DNA of 64,000 nt from positions 121,026,001-121,090,000 of the forward strand of contig NW_024704742.1 in assembly GCF_018977255.1 (NCBI RefSeq). Direction: 5' to 3'. The notes below the pieces were generated by a model that was not told the origin of the DNA, did not search any database, and worked only from the letters and a program-made list of their open reading frames with translations. This stretch comes from Callorhinchus milii. Lineage: Eukaryota. Both the position numbers and the translations under genes were made by a program. Numbering within the stretch: the stretch's first letter is position 1; each line of letters starts with the position of its first letter. Positions 26,830-39,141 of this stretch are shown here, in pieces.

Positions 26830-27250
26830 TGGGTTGCAATATAAGGTCTGGCCAAGCTCCACTGGCTCCCCACGACCGAACATATCGGCTTCAAGATCCT
26901 CACACTTGTATTCAAATCCATTCACTCTCTGGCACCTCCCTACCTCTCCGACCTCCTCACTCCCCAATCCACAACCCGGCACCTCCGCTCGACTGGCACT
27001 GGCTTCCTCCTCGTCCCTCGCACTTTCGGCCCCACCATCGGAGGTCGTGCTTTCAGCCACTGCTCCCCGAAACTCTGGAACACTCTCCCTCAAACCCTCT
27101 ACCTTGCCCACTCTCTCCCCTTTTTCAAGTCCCGCCTGAACGTGCTCATGACCAGGGAGGCTTTGGGTCTGCCATAACCATGTCGATTTTGGAAATGAGC
27201 ACTGAGATGCTACTCAGGTGAAGGGCGCTATATAAATGCCAGTTGTTGTT
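26830..27250 (+). mobile_element. Old L2 3' fragment
   Basis: LHWLP/FKIL-like codons, 'ggaggtcgtgctttcagc', and tail gcgctatataaatgccagttgttg. Confidence 0.75.
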
Positions 27251-27344
27251 TGAAATATAGCTCTGATAAGCTATCTATGACTAGCTATATTTTTTTAATC
27301 AAAACTTTATTGCGTATAATGTTCCCACAAATAGTGAATGACAA

Positions 27345-27822
27345 TATAATAATCCTTGTATTTGATAAGGCATCTTATCACACCTTCGAGACATCTCAAA
27401 GCACTTCACAAGATACACTGTAAAGTATAGTGACTGTGCTTTATGGGCGAAACGCAGTAACCAATTGTGCACAGCAGTGGCCCACAAAGTCGTGGATTCA
27501 GTGACCACATTATTATTATTATTTGGAGAGATTATTACTCACGGAAAAGTATTATAATAATAATCCTTGCATCTGATGTAGCACTTTATCATGGCATTGA
27601 AACACCTCAAAGCTCTTTAGATTATATTGTAAAGTGGATTGATTGTGTATTTTGTGGGAGAAACTCTGCAGCCTATTGCAATTGGATTCCTGCTTACTGC
27701 TTGGTAAACACAGGCTTGTGGAGTAAGGAAACTTGCCTACGATTTCAGCCCAACTGGGAATCAAATTTGGGTCCTCTGACTTGTGGGACGAGAACATTAA
27801 ACCACTATGCTTCGGGATTCCA
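27345..27822 (-). mobile_element. Two adjacent tRNA-SINE copies
   Basis: Two ataataatccttg tails (27345, 27553) with core sequence; tRNA head at about 27760-27822. Confidence 0.8.
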
Positions 27823-28122
27823 TAAGACTAATATTTGGGCTTATTTTAAGAGTAATATTTTTAATCCATAAGCAATAAATATTTACTTAACTTTTCACTC
27901 AGTTTGACCACTGATTTGGGTAAACAATAGTTCACACCATTCCACCATGCCAAGACATTTTAAACCCATTTAAGGTGAAACCAGATTTTGTGATACTAAT
28001 TCTTTTGTGCAATCTTATTAAAAACAAAATTCTAACCTCCCATAGATATAACAGCAATCAGAAAGCTAAACTCTAGTGGAAAGAAATTCTGCACATTTCA
28101 GTGTTGGTTAAATGAACAATAC

Positions 28123-28252
28123 CTTTCAAAGACAGCAAAGTTCTTTCCAGTGATTTGATGGCATCTGCTTCTCCCGTACAGATCTGATGTAAGAAAGTGT
28201 CGGTGTGATGATTCCATAGAGAACAGGCAAAGTTGTAGATTCCAGATGCCAA
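28123..28252 (-). CDS. IPO11: Importin-11, coding exon 5
   Basis: LASGIYNFACSLWNHHTDTFLHQICTGEADAIKSLERTLLSLK; tattgtag acceptor, GTATTG donor; 130 nt. Confidence 0.96.
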
Positions 28253-28974
28253 CTACAATAAGCATAGTAAAAATGCAACAAGTTAATTATAATAATTCTT
28301 ACATTTGATACAGTTCACACCAAGCATTCACGTCGTAGGAATGTCTCAAAGCATTTCACGTAATTTATTATAATTATTATATTATTATAATCCGAGACAC
28401 AACCCACATGAAGAGATAAATGCAAGTTGTTTTTATTGTTACTGCAGTAACCATATATTTTGTAGGCAAACATGCAACCAACTGTGCATAGCAATATCCC
28501 ACAAACAGCCATGAAGTCAATGATCAATTTTACATAGAAGATTGCAGCCCAGAACACCAGGAAAAACTCCCTTTTCTTTTTGAATAGTGACAGGGAATTT
28601 TAATGTCCCCCTGAACAGGCAGACAGGAACTTAGTTCAATGTCTCATCCAACAAAGCACATCCCCAGCACTGGAAACAATGAAAATTAAATAATGAGCAA
28701 CAGAAGCTCATGCAGCCACAATCATTAGTTTTTTAAGTTACACCACTACCTTCTAAAACCAAAATGAGAGCACTAATCAACTGAGCCAGGCTGACACCCA
28801 TATTATATTTTATCTTCTTGTCTCCGTGGTTCAACCCTGTTTTAAACTGCATTGCTTGGAGATAATTTGCCTCGATTCAAAAAGGTGTAACACAGTATAA
28901 AGCATCAAAGCTTTTTTCAATGTCCTCTCTGAAGAAAGAAAATAAAATATTCTGAATTCTCTGATAAAAATTGG

Positions 28975-29020
28975 ATTGCTCATTCCTGACAAGATCTGTG
29001 TCTTGTCAGGAATGAGCAAT
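28975..29020. repeat. Perfect inverted repeat, 20-bp arms, 6-nt loop
   Basis: attgctcattcctgacaaga-tctgtg-tcttgtcaggaatgagcaat. Confidence 0.96.
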
Positions 29021-29156
29021 GCATTTTTTTTTAAAAAATCAGTGAATTCACAGTAGCTGAGATACAGCTACTGAGTAATAACGGTGGTCATACTGCTGAA
29101 TATATCTTTACAAAGCATAGATTATAATACAGAAAAAAACAAGAGCATTTTCTCTT

Positions 29157-30125
29157 AACAAGAAGAAGATTGCATTTGTATTGCACCTTTCACGTTGGGA
29201 GGACGTCCCAAGGCACTGGACAGTGTACAGCATTTCAGACCCGAGCTGGGGTCAGGGGAGAGAAGGGAGGGGAGGGGAAGGGAGGTGGCCGATGGCATGG
29301 TCGAAGAGGCGGGTCTTGAGGCGGGACTTGAAGGAGGCTAAGGAGGGGGCGAGGCGGAGTGATTGGGGGATGGAATTCCAGAAGTTGGGGGCAGAGTGGC
29401 TGAAGGTTCTCCCGCTAATGGTGGGGCGGGTGGGTTGGGGGACATGGAACAGACAGCTGAGTGGAGGGAACGGGCGGGTTGGTAGGGGTTCAGGAGGTCA
29501 CAGAGGTAGGGGTGGGGCGAGGCCATGGAGAGCTTTGTAGGTGAGGACCAGGATCTTGAACTGGATCCTCTGAAGGACAGGGGGAGCATGTGAGGAAGTG
29601 ACGGAGTCGGGCGATGTTACGGAGGTGAGGGAAGGCAGAGCGGGTCATGGCTTGGATGTGGGGAAGAAGACAGTTGAGGGTCGAACAAGACACCTGGGTT
29701 CCTGACTGACTTGGTGAGTTGTAGTGTGCAGCCATGGAGGTTGATGCTGCCAGAGCCTGAGATGCTGAGGCACTGGCGCAAACCAATCAGGAGGGCCTCA
29801 GTCTTGTTCACATTCAACTATAGGAAATTTGCCCTCATCCAGGACTTGATGTCCGACAGGCAGTCTGTCAGGACAGCAGTGGTCCTGGAGTTGAGGGTGG
29901 AGGTAGAAAGATAGAGTTGGGTGTCATCTGCATACATGTGGAAGTTGACCCCATGTCTGCAAATGATGTCACCAAGGGGGAGCATGTAGATATTAAAGAG
30001 GAGAGGGCCAAGGACAGAGCCCTGGGAGACACCAGACGTGACAGTGCGGGGACTGGAGGAGAAACCGTTAGAGGCAACAAAGTGGAGGCGGTGAGAGAGA
30101 TAGGAATCAAACCAGGCAAGGGTAG
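29157..30125 (-). mobile_element. Older L2 3' half (RT to tail)
   Basis: Minus ORFs [11 protein letters not shown].. and a YADDTQL region; tail at 29157-29220 is homologous to the L2 stem-loop. Confidence 0.85.
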
Positions 30126-30554
30126 ATCCATGAAGATTAAGATTAAGTAAAATTCCCTTCTATCATTGCATTTCAAAGTGCTGAGTTGAAGCTAACGTAT
30201 TGCAAGCAAAACACTTCTCCGGGGCACTTTCACTGAGGAAATTTCTTCTTAGATTTCCATATCATGTTCCTCCAATGTTGTTTTACATATTTTCATTTTG
30301 AATAAAAAAGCCTAAACAAAAACAAATTTTTCATAAGAATAACGAATACGTGCTCGCTGTTTACCAAACATATTTCAATGCTTTAGGTATAAACAATTTC
30401 ATCCAGTACACTTTCATTACAATTCTTACAGACCAGGACACAAACTGATCCGTGTTATGATATGTCAAGCAAAAGGATATTAAAAATATGAAATCTGCAT
30501 TTTTCTGATAGCATGTTATAAAATGTACCCATTAGATATCAACCAGTTGACCGA

Positions 30555-31625
30555 GTGGGGACTGGAGGAGAAACAGTTTGCAGAAATGAAGTGATGGTAG
30601 GGCTTGAACCAAGTGTGGTCCCACTAAGGTGGATAAGGGAGGAGAGGTGGTCAAGGAGGATGGGAATGATCAACTTTGTCAAGGACAGCAGAGGTTCAGG
30701 AGTAAGTGGCAGAGGGAGTCCTGATCACAAAGAGAGGGCGTAATTTGTGACTCTGATAAGTACTGCGGGCAGGACCGAGACTGAACTGGAGGAGCTCAAG
30801 GGAATGGAGGTAGAGGTTGGTTGGCAACAATGCGTTCCAGGACTTTAGAGATGAAGGGCAAGTTTGAAATGGACTGGTAGTTTGTACGGTTAGAGGGATC
30901 AAGACTGTTTTTTTGTGAGGAGGGAAGTGATGACAACAGTTTTGAGGAGGAATGAGACGGAACCTGAAGAGAGGGACTGGTTGACTGCGTCGGCCAGCAG
31001 TGGAGAGAGGTAGCAGAGTTGAGCAGCTGGGTGGCGAGGGGCTTGAAGAGGTGGTGGGCTTATATGGGTGATGATAGTTGTGAGAGGAAGAAGAAATGGG
31101 GACAAAGAGGGGGAGGGTGGGGGCAATGGAAGGAACCATAGTGGAAGGAGTGGGTGATGCTGAAGGCATGGGGGTGGAGTGGGTGGTAGAGGGCACAGGG
31201 AAGAAAGAGGAGCAGCCAGGCAGATGTTTTCTATCTTTAAGACGAAGAAGTCCCTATACCTCTTCGCCCTTGGCATTAGATCTGAGGATGTTCGATTATT
31301 TATTTGAGGCGTATATGGAGGAGATGATGAGTGGTGGAGAAGAGCACTTTGAGGTTGAGGAGTGGAAGATGAGGAAGTGATCGGAGATGGTCTTGTCTGT
31401 GATGGACAACTAGGGGATGTCAAGGCCATGGGTAACTGACTAGGTCAAGGGGGTGGCCACGGTTGTGGGACGGGAGGTTTAAGTGGAGGGTGAGGTTTAG
31501 CAAGATGAGGACAGCAAAATCCGAGGAGATGAGGCAAGAGGAATTATGGGGAAGGTTGAATTCGCCCATTATGCACAGATGCTCAGTTCAGAGGCAGAGG
31601 GACGAGAGGAGAGAGCAATGATAAT
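30555..31625 (-). mobile_element. Old L2 fragment (EN-RT region)
   Basis: Reverse complement is homologous to the 6700-8100 region (GHPLDL-, SDH-, YRPISN- and FDKVDH-like segments); heavily diverged. Confidence 0.75.
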
Positions 31626-31705
31626 ACTTCATTTTAAGGATAGTCATCCACTATTGCCAGAATGTTTCCTTTTTTGCATGAATGTATTCTATCTCACTTC
31701 TCTGG

Positions 31706-34107
31706 CTTATCTCAAGGACACCACTTGCCCTATCCCCCTACTCCTCTGGTTCTTTCCCCTCTTTTGAGCACCTCACCCTCTCCCACCCCTCCTTCCTCTC
31801 ACTTAAAATCCTCCTCCTCTACCGGCCCCTAAAACCTCTCCCACTTTTATCTCTGATATTTCCACCCTACTTACATCTCTCTGCCTCTGCTCTGATCGCC
31901 TCATCATCCTGGGCGACTTTAACCTGCACTTCACCCCCTCCTGCTCCATCTCCTCGGACTTCTCCTCCCTCCTCTCCTCGCTCAACCTCTCCCTCCACAT
32001 CAACTCCCCCACTCACAGTCACGGCCACCCACTCGACTTGGTGATCACCCGGGGCCTCAGTGTCTCGGATGTCACTATCACCGACAAGGCCGTCTCCGAT
32101 CACCACTTCATCTCCTTCACCACCTTCACCCCTCTCCCCACCTCCACCAGACCCACCACCATCTTCTACCGCCCCTGGAAGAAGTTACCCCCTCAATCCC
32201 TAACCGCTGCCTTGGAGTCCTCTGAACTCCTCTCCCTCTGGCCTTCAACCCTCACTGACCCCTCTTCTGCTCTCACCCTCCTCCACAACACCCTCTCCTC
32301 CTCACTTGACACTCTTGCCCCCATCACCTCCCGTACTGTCTCCTACTCTCGCTCCTCCCCCTGGTTCACCACCCACCTGCGCTCACTGACGACCCAAGTG
32401 CGGGCCACTGAACGCACCTGGGTCAAATCTGGCCTAACGGTCCACCGACAAATCTGGCTGGACCTCCTCAAAATCTACCGCTCCACTGTCCCTCTCCTCT
32501 GGCTCCGTTCCCATTCCCTTAAAAACTGCCACCATCACTCCCACCTTGAAAAAACCCTCCCTTGATGCGTCGCAGCTATCAAGCTACCGGCCCATCTCCA
32601 ACCTCCCCTTCCTGTCCAAGGTCCTGGAACGAGTTGTCGCCTCCCAGCTGCGCTCTTTCCTCTCCAACCAAATCACTATTCGAACCGCTTCAGTCGGGTT
32701 TCCGTGCTGCCCATAGCACAGAAACTGCCCTTGACAAGGTCACCAATGTCATCCTGACCATCTGTGACCAGGGCTCCCTCTGCCTCCTCGACCTATCGGC
32801 AGCATTCGATACGGTCGACCATGCTATCCTCCTCCACCGCTTGTCCTCCCACCTAAACCTTCAAGGCCCTGTCCTTGAGTGGTTTAGGTCGTACCTCTCC
32901 CACCGTCTTCATTTGTTTCTACAAACGGCTTTTCCTCCACCCCCCGCACTGTCTCGTGCGGTGTCCCTCAAGGCTCTGTCCTCGATCCACTCCTCTTCAC
33001 CCTCTATGTGCTCCCCCTTGGTGACATCATCCGCAGACATGGGGTTAACTTCCACATGTATGCGGATGACACCCAACTCTACCTTTCCTCCTCTACCCTC
33101 AACTCCACGACCACCGATGTCCTGACAGCTGCCTGTCCGACATCGAGTCCTGGACGAGAGATAACTTTCTCCAGCTCAATGTGCGTAAAACTGAGGCCCT
33201 CCTGATTGGCTCACGTCAGCGCCTCCGCATCTCAGGCACTGACAGCATCAGCATCCAAGGCTGCACTCTCCACCTCTCAAAGACAGTCAGGAACCTCGGA
33301 GTTCTGTTCGACCCTGAGCTGTCCTTTCTCCCTCATATCCGCACCACAACTGGCACCGCCTTCCATCACCTCCGGAATGTCGCCAGACTACGGCACTACC
33401 TCACCCCTCACGCTGCTGAAACCCTGGTCCACGCCTTTATCACCTCAAGGCTCGACTATGGGAACTCTCTCCTCGTCGGCCTTCCCGGCACCTCCCTCCA
33501 CAAGCTGCAGGTCATTCAGAACTCTGCAGCTCGTGCCGTGTACTGTCCCGCACCAGGCTTCGCGACCACATCACTCCCACCCTCGCTCGCCTCCACTGGC
33601 TCCCCATCCCCCAGAGGATCGAATTCAAGATCCTCATCCTCACCTACAAGGCCATTCACGGCCTTGCTCCCTCCTACCTCTCCGATCTACTATCCCCCTA
33701 CTTACCTGCCCGTACCCTCCGTTCCTCTGGCTCCGGTCTGCTCCACATCCCCCGCCCCAACCGCCCTACCATCGGTGGCCGGGCCTTCAGCCTCTCAGCC
33801 CCGAGGCTCTGGAACTCTATCCCCCAGTGCCTTCGCCTTGCTTCCTCCCTTTCCTCCTTCAAGGCCGATCTCAAGACCTTTCTCTTTGACCGTGCCTTCA
33901 GCTCCCCTCTCGACTCTCTACCCCCTCCTCGCTCCCTCCCTTCCCTTCCCTCCCCTGACCATTTCCCCCTCCTCGCTCCCTCCCTTCCCTCCCCTCACCC
34001 TGACCATTTCCCCCCTGCTCGGGTCCTGACCCAACTGTACAGCGCCTTGGGACTGTCCTCCCGACGTGAAAGGCGCTCAATAAATGGAATCTTGTTGTTG
34101 TTGTTGT
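31706..34107 (+). mobile_element. L2-clade LINE, 5'-truncated sibling of the 5865-9201 element
   Basis: Nearly colinear with 6548-9195, with the same EN/RT motifs and tail. Lacks the segment equivalent to about 7291-7642. Confidence 0.93.
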
Positions 34108-34513
34108 ACAAATTATAGTAACAATTGTCCAAGCCATGCTGAGAGGAGCTATATTTCCCCCCCCCCCTAGGAACATAAGGAACTGCATTAACACAGAGCA
34201 GCAGATGCTCCATTTTAGAGCCAACATTGGGAATGAAACAAAACAGCGCAACCACAGGCTGTTGGTCTACCTGGTAGGAATTTAAACGTTGTTGTCAAGA
34301 AGACAAATTCAAATTTAATTCTGATGCCAATAAAAATTCCAGGCAATGGCTTGATAATTAAACGGCGAAAAAAGTAAAAACATCTGTTATTTTTGCAGTC
34401 GTTTATTACGGTTTTCCTTCTTATTCTTTTGAGATCCGCACTCGTTCCACAACTAACAAAATGGAAAATCAGTTCTCCCAGACACGTGTTAATAATGCTA
34501 CTCATTCTAGCCA

Positions 34514-34845
34514 TCTATCTTCTATCTTCTTATACTATACATATACTAATAAAGACAAAATGTCTGTCTGTGTGTCTGTCTGTCCGCCAAGAACTCAATA
34601 ACCGATTGATGTAGAGACATGATTTATACCTCATCGGAAAGGTCTTGCATGGGGGAATATCATGGGCATCTCCTATTGTTGATGAGTTATGACTTAAACA
34701 AGCTCATCCACATGTATGGCAATTTTTCTTAAGGTGTTCACACAGGGTTTATGGTACGTAAAATGGTCTGTGAATGGCATCACTGAAATCTACATTCCAT
34801 ATTGGATCTTTTGGTTGTTAGCGTAGCTGCAACGGGTACAGTTAG
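34514..34845 (+). mobile_element. Probable non-autonomous Helitron
   Basis: A|TC start with tatactaataaag and a (TGTC)n tract; subterminal hairpin gttgttagc-gta-gctgcaac; end acagTTAG|T (CTAG with one change); no TSD. Confidence 0.6.
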
Positions 34846-36689
34846 TCAGCTATAAAAGAACAACACAACTTGTCCTGCTTTGATTTTCCTCTCCCCAAGA
34901 AGGTGCTTTCTCAGGTGCTTTGTCAGGAACTGAACACACGCAGGCTGTAGGCATGTACCATTCAGGTGGCACATTTTAGCACTACTTTACGCTAGCAGTA
35001 AACATTTCAGTCTTTTTAAATTCCCAAATGTAATGCATTATTCATCCAGATGATGGAAATCTGAGTCGGCCAAACTAAATAGATGCGTTATTTCTCTACG
35101 CCATAATGAAGAGAAGTTTTATATTTGATTCCTGATCTGTTCTGAGTTAGAAACTCTAAGTCAAAACAGCTGTTTGGAAGATAAGATAGTCCTTGGTCCT
35201 TGGGTTTGGGAAAGTGAAAGTTTCACTCCTGAGTATTATTTCCTGATTGCTATCCAGCAAATCGTGCTGGAATGTACATCAGTATGGACACCAGCCGAGA
35301 GCAACATGAGTTCAGTTACGATGCCCTCTACAGTCAAATAGCCTTCCAACACAACATCTAGGCTCATGTACGAAAAAAGGCAATCGGATAAAGTCCCAGA
35401 AGGCTGTCAGTACCCATAAAAATCTTTTTATACAGTATATAAAATAAGGAAACCAAAACTGTACATAACCACGACGCCGACAACAACAACTTGCACTTAT
35501 ACAACAACAACTTGGATTTATAGATGGCCCTCCAAGCCGGACGGTGTCTCAGAGCGCTTCAATATATATAGCACTCTCCACGCAGGGTAGTCTCAGAGCG
35601 CTTAATTTGACAATTTGAGAATTAAGTCTTTCAATTTATACATGACAGCTTCAGCAAATCATCTGAACATTTTGTTTGCGGTCTTAACCAATGGGAACAC
35701 CAACACAGAAACATAGGTAAACAGGAGAACATTCAGCCCATTAAGCCTGTTCCGCCAGTTTATTTGATCGTGCCAGATTGTTTAATCCCAGTCCCTTACT
35801 CTTTCCCGCATCCATAGTTTCGCCCATAAAATATAGTCAATTCACTTTGCAGTATATTCTGTGAAGCACTTAAGAGATGTCACAACGACGTGATAAGGCA
35901 TTATATCAAATGAAAGAATTATTGTTATCCCTTAATACCTCTACCACCCGAATACCTTTATATTAAACAACACGATCAATTTGTCTTCTAGAGCTTTCTA
36001 GGGAAGAGCATTCGTCAGCTTCACAACTGATAGATCAACATAGTTTAGTGCATATTCCACACTATTCTTTCTTCTGACAAAGCTAATTACTTTATATTTC
36101 TCTGCATAAAGCTTTATGTGTCACATTTATGCCCACAATCCCAGCTTCTATAGATCCCTCTGATTTTGCGCACATACATTTACATGATTTGCCACTTCCA
36201 ATTTAGTGCAATATGCAAATTTGACACAATATCTACCTCAAAATAATTTATAACAATTGTGGTCCCAATATCAATCATTGTGACGCATTACAAGTAGCAA
36301 ACTGGCTCGAAGCCAGATACCTCCGCATGAAATACCACTATTTGCTCTCTACCAACAAGCCATTTATTTGCTAATCCATTTTAATATATTTCATCTATCC
36401 CATGGGCGTAAAATTTATGCAATTACAAATTCAGCTTTACTGCAGCAGATATTTTAGTGAGTAGATTTCACTGCATAGCAGTGTATCTTCCTTAAAACAT
36501 GATCATTGTGCGATTATGAGATGATTATGGGATCCATAAAATCCAACCCCATGTTATTGCGAGTCTTACTACACATGGGTGCAACCAGGTGGTGCTTAAG
36601 GAGTGTGCCTGCCAGTCCCCACCCTAAAAGAAAAAAAGGTCAACTTCTGGGTCAGTGGGTCATCTCAACATCATTTCATGTTTTCTGCA

Positions 36690-37200
36690 AAACAAATTTA
36701 CATTTGTAAAGCGCCTTTCACGTCGGGAGGACATCCCAAGGCGCTGGACAGACAGAGTTACAGACCCGAGCTGGGGGTCGGGGTGGGGGAGGGTGGAGGG
36801 CAGAAGGGGGAAGCAGGAAGATCAAAAGCACGGTCGAAGAGTAGGATCTTGAGGTGGGGTTTGAAAGCGGCGAGGGAGGGGGTGCGATGGAGGGACTGTG
36901 GGTTGGAGTTCCAGAGGGTGGGTGCAAAGTGGCAGTGGTGGGGGAGCAAGGCGGGGGACATGAAGCAGACCGGAGCCCGCTGAGCGGAGGGAGCGAACAG
37001 GGTAGCAGGGGGGTTAGGAGGTTAGAGAGGTAGGGGGGAGAGCTTTGAAGGTGAGGACCAGGATCTTGAACTGTATCCCTTATGTGATGCAGAGCGGGTC
37101 ATGGCGCAGATGTGGGGTATAAAAGGATAGTTCAGGGTCAAACAAGACCCCAAGGTTCCGGACAGGTAACTGAAGAAAGTTAGCTCTCATCCAGGACTTG
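36690..37200 (-). mobile_element. L2 3' fragment with internal deletions
   Basis: Tail gcgcctttcacgtcgggaggacatcccaaggcgc; C-terminal motif APTLWNS..PSLAAFK..LK..LFDRAF. Confidence 0.85.
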
Positions 37201-37395
37201 ATGCAAATGCACAAAGTGATGTCGGACATGACATGATAAATCGAAAGTCAGTCATTTTTTTTATTGCAGGAAGCTAAAATGGCCAACACTCGGGTCATTA
37301 AATTGCCATTGTGATGTCCTGCTTTACAAATGCACAGCAACACAGAAGTGAAGTTAGCAGAGAACTTATAAACCAGAAATCTAATTTAAAACAAC

Positions 37396-37452
37396 AAACC
37401 CTTGTCAGACCACAACTACAGAAATAAACCCTCGTCAGGCACAACTACAGAA
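37396..37452. repeat. About 30-bp tandem duplication
   Basis: aaacccttgtcagaccacaactacagaa / aaaccctcgtcaggcacaactacagaa. Confidence 0.85.
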
Positions 37453-37559
37453 GTCTTGCAATAATAAAAATGAAAATCTACAGAGGCTGGCATTAGAAAT
37501 GTTAAAGAATCAGTGAGCGCTGTAATTAGTGAATGATAATTCAATGTTGGAGAACTTAC

Positions 37560-37763
37560 GTCCTGAAACAGCCTCTTATCCACCGCCAATCTTTTAGATG
37601 CCAGCGTCTTGGTGACATGATAGAAGGTGAGTAATGCTCGGTGTTGACGGAGATAATCCTGCACTTTGACAGATTCCAGTAATGTGGGAATCAGTTCGGG
37701 CCATTGGCGAGGGCAATCTAACCTGGCAACCTTAGCAATCAATACGCCAATCTGGGTTGCAAT
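37560..37763 (-). CDS. IPO11: Importin-11, coding exon 4
   Basis: IATQIGVLIAKVARLDCPRQWPELIPTLLESVKVQDYLRQHRALLTFYHVTKTLASKRLAVDKRLFQD; tttttcag acceptor, GTAAGT donor; 204 nt. Confidence 0.98.
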
Positions 37764-39068
37764 CTGAAAAAACATGACATCATTAAAAAAAAACTAAACC
37801 ATCGAACCCAGCAAACATCTTTTGAAGGCACTGTGTAGTAAATAGACATCTGATCGTTTGATTTGACCAACGTGAATTCTTTGCAAAATTGAACCTATTA
37901 TTTTGTAACAAAAGTTTTAATTCTCAGAATCCAAGATCACAGCCAAGTTTAAAATTAAACAATACTTTCAGGGCCGTGGTCAATTAAAACTTTTTTATTG
38001 CCGCATGTTATATTGCCATGTGATTAAACTCACCACTCCTGGCATATCTGCAGGGGTGGAGAAAATCAAAGGTGCAGTCAATTTGAAATCAACATACATG
38101 CAGTGGAGGCATGTGAGCTGGTAATCTGGATACAAACTCAGAGTGAGATTTTTTTTTCTATTTGGAAAGTCACGTACAGAGTTTGTGTTCACAGAACCAT
38201 TAGGTGGCACCAGAATGCTGTTTCTGCTGTCAAAATGCTTCGACAGTCACTGCAAGAATATTCCAAGTACCATTCGCCAAAGCAGACAAAACAAGTCTAA
38301 TCATTTCTCGTACACGCATTCTGTTTTATAGAATAAAATGATATGTTACTCATTCATGATGGGTTTTGTACATTGTACAAAACTTTACATTTGAAACGGG
38401 TGAATGACTTAAATTTTTGGGCACTTAAGACATATCATTGCCACATTTTTAAAATTGTATCGCATGAACAGTTATATAAAGGAAACATTTTATTATTCCA
38501 CAGTAGTGTCTCCATTTAAATAAAAGGACTCACACTCTATTTTCATCTAAATATTTTAATCATGTATCTTTATGTGAATAACAATAATAAATCCTTACAT
38601 TTGAAATAGCGCCTTATCAAGTCGGCATGGCGTCTCAAAGCACTTCACGGGATATACCGTAAAGTGCAGTGACTGTATTTTGTGGGAGAAAATAGATTCA
38701 TAGGCAAATTTAAGTAGTCTACGGAATGTATAATATTGTAATTTAAGAGGAAACTTGAATCATACACAATGTGAAGAGAATAGAGGGGAAAAGGAGAAGT
38801 GGAGGCTCACATGGAATCTAAACACCAGCAAGGACAAGATGGGTTGAATTACCTGTTTCCATGCCATAGCATTCTAAGCAATTCTATATGTAATTCTGTT
38901 ACGATTTAAAAACTATGTACATTAGAATAATTTAGTCCACATTATTTGTCATACAGTGTTGGTGGCATATTGCATCTCAATGGCCATAGCAACAATGATA
39001 TTATTCCTTAATTTATCTAAAACAAATCCTACCTTTATCTTTTGATTTGAATTCATTTGAGCACTAAC

Positions 39069-39141
39069 CTGATTTACTGGTTCATTGAAGTTTGCAATGA
39101 GTCCTGCTCTCAGTGAGGCTTTTTCATCTTCTGCCAGAGCA
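39069..39141 (-). CDS. IPO11: Importin-11, coding exon 3
   Basis: ALAEDEKASLRAGLIANFNEPVNQ; ttttacag acceptor, GTTAGT donor; 73 nt; frame continuous with neighbours. Confidence 0.97.
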
